64,000 nucleotides of DNA from the IMG/VR virus record IMGVR_UViG_3300032286_000510, positions 14,932 through 78,931 of that record, one strand, 5' to 3'. This document shows, in pieces, positions 57,981 through 64,000 of this stretch. A program made the position numbers and the translations under genes. Every line of letters begins with the position of its first letter. Position 1 is the first letter of the stretch. The notes below the pieces were generated by a model. The model was not told where the DNA came from, made no database searches, and saw only the letters and a program-made list of their open reading frames with translations. The DNA is from a virus.

Positions 57981-60353
57981 ATGTCGCTAAACTTAGTATC
58001 TCCAGGGGTCAATATAAGAGAAGTTGACTTAACTATTGGGGGAATTACTGCATCAAATGAGCAGGTTGGCGCAATAGCAGGTCCATTTTCAAAAGGACCA
58101 GTCAATGTACCTATTTTAATCCAGAATGAGAATGATCTTCTCAATACATTCGGAAAACCACTTTCTACTGATTCTCAGTACGAATATTGGTTGAGTGCTT
58201 CTTCATACTTATCATATGGTGGTATTCTCAGAGTTCTTAGAACAGATGGAACTGCATTAAATAATTCAAACGCTTCTGTCGGTGGTGGGTCAACGACATT
58301 AAAAATTTCTTCATATGAAGATTACATCAATCAATATACTACCGATTCCTCTTGGTCTTATGCATCAAGAAATCCAGGATCTTGGGCAAATAAATTAAAA
58401 GTTTGTACTATTGATGCTTTTGCGGATCAGACTATTTCTGGTATATCTACTGCTTCAATTTCCGTTGGAATGGGCATAACACAATCTACAGTTGGTAGAA
58501 TCTTACCAGGTATTGGTGTGACATCTTCATCTTCTGGGTATTTGAGAGGAATTATCACTGGCGTAGGTGTAAGTGAAATATATGTAAAAATTAGTGATGT
58601 GGCATCAGTAGGAAATACTGTTTCGCAAATTGCTTACACCGAAGGTGGTGCATATTCATTCCAAACTCCAACAACATCTACTGTATCAACAACAGTTGGA
58701 GTTGCAACAACTTCTGGTTTTATAAGTGAAGTGTTTGATGTTTCAATTACTGGAATTGTAACAACCGGAATTCAACCTGGTGATACTATTTCTGGAACAA
58801 ATGTATCAACGGGAACAACCGTCATTGGTATTGGGGTAAGTATAATCTATGTCGATAAAGCAATCACTGCTGGCATTGGAACAACAACGTTTACTTTCAC
58901 GAGAGGTTCCACAACAACTACTATTTCAAATTCAGTTATTGTAAGTAGTGCTACAACTGCAGGAATTAGCACAATTACTTCTGCGACTTTCTCAGATTGG
59001 TACAACCAACAAACTTTGGGTCTTACCAATACTACGATTTATTGGAAATCGATTGCAGAAAAACCAAAAACTTCCCAATATTCTTCCGAAAGAAGCGGTC
59101 GTAATGATGAAATTCATATTGTAGTTGTAGATGACACTGGTTCAGTTAGTGGAATTTCTGGAAATATTTTGGAAAAATATACTTATCTTTCAAAAGGATT
59201 AGATAGTAAAATATCTCCATCTGAACAAGTATATTACAAAGATTTTATTGCATCAAATTCTTCATATATTTTTGCAGGAAAGTCTCCAGATGGAACTTCT
59301 ACTGGATTTGGTTCAACTACTGGATTTACCACTACTGGAAATGGAAATTGGGGAGTAAATGCTCAAGGAACTACATTTAGTGCTTCTGGAAATGTTACTT
59401 ATAATTTAACTGGTGGTGTGGATTATTCTACTTCTGGTGGAATGGGATCTTCACTTTCAGATATAATTACATCTTATAATATTTTATCAAATCCAGCGGA
59501 ATATCAAGTCAATTTCTTAATCAATGGTCCTTCTGGTGGGGCATCAATTTATGAATCCCAAGCAAAAGCAAATGCTCTAATTGCAATTGCTGAATCAAGA
59601 AAAGATTGTGTTGCTGTGATTTCCCCACACAAATCCGGAATTGTAAATATTACAAACTCTGACACTCAAACCACTAATGTTATTAATTTCTTTGATCCAA
59701 TCACATCCAGTTCTTATGCTGTATTTGATAGTGGTTATAAGTATATGTTTGATAGATTCAACAATACTTTCAGATACATTCCCTGCAATGCCGATGTTGC
59801 CGGTCTGATGGCTAGAACATCTATTAACCAATACTCTTGGTTCTCTCCTGCTGGTGCCTCTAGAGGGGCAATTAATGGTGCCGTAAAGCTTGCTTACAAT
59901 CCATCAAAAGCACAAAGAGATCTATTGTATCCTAAGAGAATTAATCCAATTATTTTCTCTCCTGGTGCTGGCATTATTCTTTATGGAGACAAAACTGCAC
60001 TTTCATATACTTCCGCTTTTGATAGAATTAACGTTCGTCGTTTATTCCTCACAATTGAATCTACAATTGAAAGAGCAGCAAGAGCACAGTTGTTTGAATT
60101 TAATGATATAATCACAAGATCAAACTTTGTAAATATTGTTGAACCATATCTTCGTGATGTAAAATCAAAGAGAGGTATTATTGACTTCTTGGTTGTTTGT
60201 GATGAAACAAATAACACTCCCGACGTGATTGATGGAAATCAGTTTAGAGCTGATATCTTTGTTAAACCTGCAAGATCAATTAACTTCATCGGACTTACCT
60301 TTGTTGCTACACGCACAGGTGTAAGTTTTGAAGAAGTTGTTGGAAACGTTTAA
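57981..60353 (+). CDS. gp18: Tail sheath protein gp18
   Basis: LVSPGV.IREVDLT; WFSPAG..RG; FDRINVRRLF; KPARSINFI.L.FVATRTGVSFEE. Confidence 0.97.
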   Translation: MSLNLVSPGVNIREVDLTIGGITASNEQVGAIAGPFSKGPVNVPILIQNENDLLNTFGKPLSTDSQYEYWLSASSYLSYGGILRVLRTDGTALNNSNASVGGGSTTLKISSYEDYINQYTTDSSWSYASRNPGSWANKLKVCTIDAFADQTISGISTASISVGMGITQSTVGRILPGIGVTSSSSGYLRGIITGVGVSEIYVKISDVASVGNTVSQIAYTEGGAYSFQTPTTSTVSTTVGVATTSGFISEVFDVSITGIVTTGIQPGDTISGTNVSTGTTVIGIGVSIIYVDKAITAGIGTTTFTFTRGSTTTTISNSVIVSSATTAGISTITSATFSDWYNQQTLGLTNTTIYWKSIAEKPKTSQYSSERSGRNDEIHIVVVDDTGSVSGISGNILEKYTYLSKGLDSKISPSEQVYYKDFIASNSSYIFAGKSPDGTSTGFGSTTGFTTTGNGNWGVNAQGTTFSASGNVTYNLTGGVDYSTSGGMGSSLSDIITSYNILSNPAEYQVNFLINGPSGGASIYESQAKANALIAIAESRKDCVAVISPHKSGIVNITNSDTQTTNVINFFDPITSSSYAVFDSGYKYMFDRFNNTFRYIPCNADVAGLMARTSINQYSWFSPAGASRGAINGAVKLAYNPSKAQRDLLYPKRINPIIFSPGAGIILYGDKTALSYTSAFDRINVRRLFLTIESTIERAARAQLFEFNDIITRSNFVNIVEPYLRDVKSKRGIIDFLVVCDETNNTPDVIDGNQFRADIFVKPARSINFIGLTFVATRTGVSFEEVVGNV

Positions 60354-60373
60354 TTCAATAGAGGAAACCCACA

Positions 60374-61009
60374 ATGGCTAACTTAAACATTCCAAATACA
60401 AAAGATAGAACCCTTGATCAATTCAAGGGAAGAATGCTCGGGGGTGGAGCGAGACCTAATTTATTTGAATGTGAATTGTTTTTTCCTTCCGATTCAATTC
60501 CATTAGGAACTACCGAAGATGCGCTTTCGGATAAAACTAGATTTTTAGTTAAAGCTGCAAATCTTCCTGCTTCTACTCTTGGAGTTATTGATGTTCCATT
60601 TAGAGGAAGAAACCTCAAAATTGCTGGAGATAGAACATTTGACCCTTGGACTATTACCGTAATTAATGATTCCGATTTCATAATTAGAACTGCTTTTGAA
60701 AGATGGATGAATCTTATCAACAAGCACGAGGATAATGCTGGAAAAAATAATCCAGTAGATTATCAGAAAGAAGTTTATGTGAAGCAATTTGGAAGAGCTT
60801 TAACTAATGGTTCAACTCCAATAAGTGCAACTCAAATTCCAGTATTGAAGCAATATAAATTCTACGGAGTTTTCCCAACTTCAGTAAGTGATATTGCTCT
60901 TTCGTATGATTCTTCAGATACAATTGAAGAATTCACTGTAGATCTTCAAGTTCAATGGTGGGATGCTCTTGATCCTTCTGGCGCAACTCAACTTGGAACT
61001 GGGGCATAA
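60374..61009 (+). CDS. gp19: Tail tube protein gp19
   Basis: GGARPNLFE; FRGR.LKIAGDRTFDPWT.TV.ND; IEEFTV. Confidence 0.97.
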   Translation: MANLNIPNTKDRTLDQFKGRMLGGGARPNLFECELFFPSDSIPLGTTEDALSDKTRFLVKAANLPASTLGVIDVPFRGRNLKIAGDRTFDPWTITVINDSDFIIRTAFERWMNLINKHEDNAGKNNPVDYQKEVYVKQFGRALTNGSTPISATQIPVLKQYKFYGVFPTSVSDIALSYDSSDTIEEFTVDLQVQWWDALDPSGATQLGTGA

Positions 61010-61034
61010 ATAGTAGAAACTGATTTAATTATTG

Positions 61035-62735
61035 ATGGCTAAATTATTTGGATTTAAAATACAAGATACTACTGGAGCAGATAAGTCCAAAGGCATTATC
61101 TCTCCAGTACCTCCTAATGAGGAAGATAAGTCAGATTTTTATCTTCAAAGTGGATTTTATGGCCAATATGTAGATATTGAAGGTGTTTATAAAAGTGAGC
61201 AAGATTTAGTAAGAAGATATCGTGAGATGGCACTTCACCCAGAATGTGATAGTGCCATTGAAGATGTAGTAAATGAAGCAATTGTATCAGATTTGAATGA
61301 TTCTCCCGTAGAGATTGAACTTTCAAATCTTCCAGCTTCAGATAAATTGAAGCAAATTATTAGAGACGAATTCAAAACAATCAAAGATATTTTAGATTTT
61401 GATAGAAAATCACACGAAATTTTTAGAAATTGGTATATCGATGGAAGAATCTTTTACCATAAAGTAATTGATCTAAAAAAACCAGAAGAAGGAATAAAAG
61501 AAATAAGATACATTGATCCACTTAAAATTAGATTTATTCGTAGAGCAGAACAATCTGGACCAAATGCAAATTTCCCAACTCCTATGGGAACAAGTAAGGA
61601 TCCAATTGATATCTATCAAGCACCAAAAATAGAAGAGTATTATCTGTATGATCCAAATGCCGCTATGGGTAGTGGCGGATCAATTTCATTCAGAAATGAT
61701 TCAAAAAGTGTAAAAATTGCAAAAGACGCGATTACATTTATCACATCTGGTCTCGTAGATCGCAATAAACAAACAGTTCTTTCTTATCTTCATAAAGCAA
61801 TTAAAGCACTTAATCAATTAAGAATGATTGAAGATAGTCTTGTAATTTATAGACTATCTCGTGCTCCAGAACGTAGAATTTTCTATATTGACGTTGGCAA
61901 TCTGCCAAAAATCAAAGCTGAACAATATCTTCGTGATGTGATGAATCGTTATAGAAATAAACTTGTTTATAATGCCGATACTGGAGAAATTCGTGATGAT
62001 CGCAAATATATGGCAATGCTTGAAGATTTTTGGTTGCCCCGTAGAGAAGGTGGTCGTGGAACAGAAATCACTACACTCCCTGGTGGGCAAAATCTTGGAG
62101 AACTTGCTGATATTGAATACTTCCAAAAGAAACTTTACAAATCTTTAAATGTCCCATCAAGTAGAATTGACGTTGGTGGTGGTGGATTCAATCTTGGAAG
62201 ATCTTCTGAAATTTTAAGAGACGAACTTAAATTTACAAAGTTTGTAGGAAGACTGAGAAAGAGATTTTCTCAGATGTTTAATGATTTCTTAAAAACACAA
62301 CTGATTTTAAAAAATATTATTACCCCAGAAGATTGGGAATCATTATCAGAACATATCCAATATGATTTTATTTACGATAATCATTTTTCTGACTTAAAAA
62401 ATAACGAACTATTAAACGACCAATTGGGTGTTGTTGCTGCTATGCAACCATATATTGGAACTTATTTTTCTTCGCAATATGTAAGACAAAAAGTTTTAAG
62501 ACAATCCGATAGTCTTATGCAAGAAATTGATGAGCAGATCAAAAAAGAAATTAAAGATGGCATTATAGCAGATCCAGCAACAATTGATCCATCTACTGGT
62601 ATGCCTTTCCAAGATAATACTGGAGGAATGCAAAACCCTGGGGGAATGGATTTGGGACAACCAATGATGGAGCCTGACTTAACAAAACAAGCAAAATCCA
62701 CTCAAATCAATATGCCTAAAGGTGGAGAGATATAA
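61035..62735 (+). CDS. gp20: Portal vertex protein gp20
   Basis: YRLSRAPERRIFYIDVGNLPK.KAEQYL; EDFWLPRREGGRGTEITTLPGGQ. Confidence 0.97.
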   Translation: MAKLFGFKIQDTTGADKSKGIISPVPPNEEDKSDFYLQSGFYGQYVDIEGVYKSEQDLVRRYREMALHPECDSAIEDVVNEAIVSDLNDSPVEIELSNLPASDKLKQIIRDEFKTIKDILDFDRKSHEIFRNWYIDGRIFYHKVIDLKKPEEGIKEIRYIDPLKIRFIRRAEQSGPNANFPTPMGTSKDPIDIYQAPKIEEYYLYDPNAAMGSGGSISFRNDSKSVKIAKDAITFITSGLVDRNKQTVLSYLHKAIKALNQLRMIEDSLVIYRLSRAPERRIFYIDVGNLPKIKAEQYLRDVMNRYRNKLVYNADTGEIRDDRKYMAMLEDFWLPRREGGRGTEITTLPGGQNLGELADIEYFQKKLYKSLNVPSSRIDVGGGGFNLGRSSEILRDELKFTKFVGRLRKRFSQMFNDFLKTQLILKNIITPEDWESLSEHIQYDFIYDNHFSDLKNNELLNDQLGVVAAMQPYIGTYFSSQYVRQKVLRQSDSLMQEIDEQIKKEIKDGIIADPATIDPSTGMPFQDNTGGMQNPGGMDLGQPMMEPDLTKQAKSTQINMPKGGEI

Positions 62736-62767
62736 ATAGTTTTTAGTTATTAATATATTATAACAAT

Positions 62768-62986
62768 ATGGACGATTTAATAGATATGATTGCTGCTGGT
62801 GATTCCCAATCACAAGTTTCTGATCGGATCAAAGATCTTCTTTTCAGTAAAAGCGCAGAAAGAATAGATGCAGTAAGACCATATGCTGCTGCTAGTCTTT
62901 TTGGTGAAGAAGATTCGGAAACTTATGAAGATGATGAATCTGACGAAGATGAAGATGAAGATGAATACGAAGATGAGGAAGACTGA
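62768..62986 (+). CDS. Small acidic prohead core-like protein
   Basis: Position after gp20, late promoter 62731, acidic tail. Confidence 0.65.
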   Translation: MDDLIDMIAAGDSQSQVSDRIKDLLFSKSAERIDAVRPYAAASLFGEEDSETYEDDESDEDEDEDEYEDEED

Positions 62987-63528
62987 TGGCAACAAAAATT
63001 GTCCAAGATACACAAATTCCAAGATTGGCACCATCTGTCGGTGTTGCCGCAACAAGTGTTCCTATTGCACTTAAGAGTGGTTACTTAAGAATTACCATTG
63101 GATCAACTACTGGTAGTTCTGGTGGATATATTGCTATTGGAACAAATCCAGTGGCAACTCAAGATAATTATCACATTACTTCGTACAGTATTGATACTAT
63201 AAAAGAAGTAATGAGAAGGCAACAAATATCTGGAATTACTACTGGAACAACAACAACATTATTGTTTGGTGAAAATGCAGGAAATCCTTTTTTGGGTACA
63301 GAATTTGTTAGCATTGTTGGTGCTCCAACTGCAGGAATAAACACATCTCATAATGCAATACTTTCAAGAACAGAATCATCTCTTACTATTGATTTTAATA
63401 GTTCTTCGATAGTATCTCCAAACATCAGTGGAGCAACTGTATGTAAAAGTGTCAAAGTATCTTGTCTTACATTTGAACCAGATACTTTCTTTAATATTGC
63501 AGAAGTAGTCACACTAGTATCAGAATAA
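62986..63528 (+). CDS. Cyanophage structural hypothetical protein
   Basis: ORF between gp20 and gp21. Confidence 0.7.
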   Translation: MATKIVQDTQIPRLAPSVGVAATSVPIALKSGYLRITIGSTTGSSGGYIAIGTNPVATQDNYHITSYSIDTIKEVMRRQQISGITTGTTTTLLFGENAGNPFLGTEFVSIVGAPTAGINTSHNAILSRTESSLTIDFNSSSIVSPNISGATVCKSVKVSCLTFEPDTFFNIAEVVTLVSE

Positions 63529-63529
63529 A

Positions 63530-64000
63530 ATGAAACTAATCACAGAAGAAGTCCAAAAAGTAGAATTTATTATTGAAGGGACTGGATCCTCCAAAAGAAT
63601 GTTCATTGAAGGTATATACCTTCAGGGAAATATGAGGAATCGTAATGGAAGAGAATATCCACTCGAAATTCTTGACCGCGAAGTACGTCGTTACAACGAG
63701 TCTTTTATCCAAAAAGGTCGTGCTCTTGGTGAACTTGGACATCCAGATGGACCAACAATCAATTTAGATCGTGTTTCTCATAAAATTACTTCACTTGTTC
63801 GTGAGGGAAATAATTTTAAAGGAAGATCACAACTACTTTCTACTCCTATGGGAAAAATTGCACAATCACTTATTGGCGAAGGTGTGACTCTTGGGGTTTC
63901 TTCTCGTGGTGTTGGTTCATTAATTCAAACGAATGAAGGACATAAAGTTGTTGGTGAAGATTTTATGTTAGCAACTGCTGCGGATATTGTTGCCGATCCA
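63530..64000 (+). CDS. gp21: Prohead core scaffold/protease gp21 (3'-truncated by window)
   Basis: Read by hand: MKLITEE...NRNGREYP...ALGELGHPDGPTINLDRVSH...LGVSSRGVGSL. Confidence 0.95.
   Translation, partial: MKLITEEVQKVEFIIEGTGSSKRMFIEGIYLQGNMRNRNGREYPLEILDREVRRYNESFIQKGRALGELGHPDGPTINLDRVSHKITSLVREGNNFKGRSQLLSTPMGKIAQSLIGEGVTLGVSSRGVGSLIQTNEGHKVVGEDFMLATAADIVADP

Noticed and set aside
56227-62735. Introns/inteins in gp17, gp18, gp20
   Set aside because: ORFs are continuous with no intein motifs; the gp18 insert is Thr/Gly-rich structural sequence.
31143-63742. Short minus-strand and alternate-frame ORFs within structural genes
   Set aside because: Codon-bias shadows of the long + strand genes.

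Overview
This window is part of a large T4-like (myovirus) genome, most likely a freshwater cyanophage. The host inference rests on a ferredoxin-dependent bilin reductase, an NblA-like gene, cyanobacterial-type DnaA boxes and cyanophage-type gene order. It has three parts. (1) 1-25.1 kb is a hypervariable early/accessory region of small + strand ORFs, organised in cassettes by ~22 copies of a TGTGCCA-N10-TGGCACA palindrome plus extended -10 promoter. It holds four freestanding GIY-YIG/HNH endonucleases plus a McrA-like HNH, tRNA-Arg(UCU), tRNA-Thr(UGU), an ArdA-like protein, a helicase and a metallophosphoesterase. (2) 25.1-26.25 kb is a non-coding origin-like region with divergent promoters, a tandem repeat, 8 DnaA-box-like 9-mers and iteron-like repeats. 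(3) 26.6-64 kb is the structural module: gp25-gp6-gp7-gp8-VrlC-like, gp13-gp14-gp15-gp16-gp17-gp18-gp19-gp20-gp21. The top candidate novel system is a DUF2828 (TROVE/Ro60-like + vWA) gene flanked by five covarying stem-CAGCA(A) small-RNA units. Next to them is a tRNA-Thr-like gene whose anticodon stem is interrupted by a 39-nt insert carrying the same CAGCAA motif, suggesting a Ro/Y-RNA-like phage RNP with anticodon-loop mimics. The second candidate is a three-copy cassette upstream of GIY-YIG nucleases: late promoter, antisense hairpin sRNA, terminator, late promoter, complementary 5'UTR. All calls were made by eye, without database searches.
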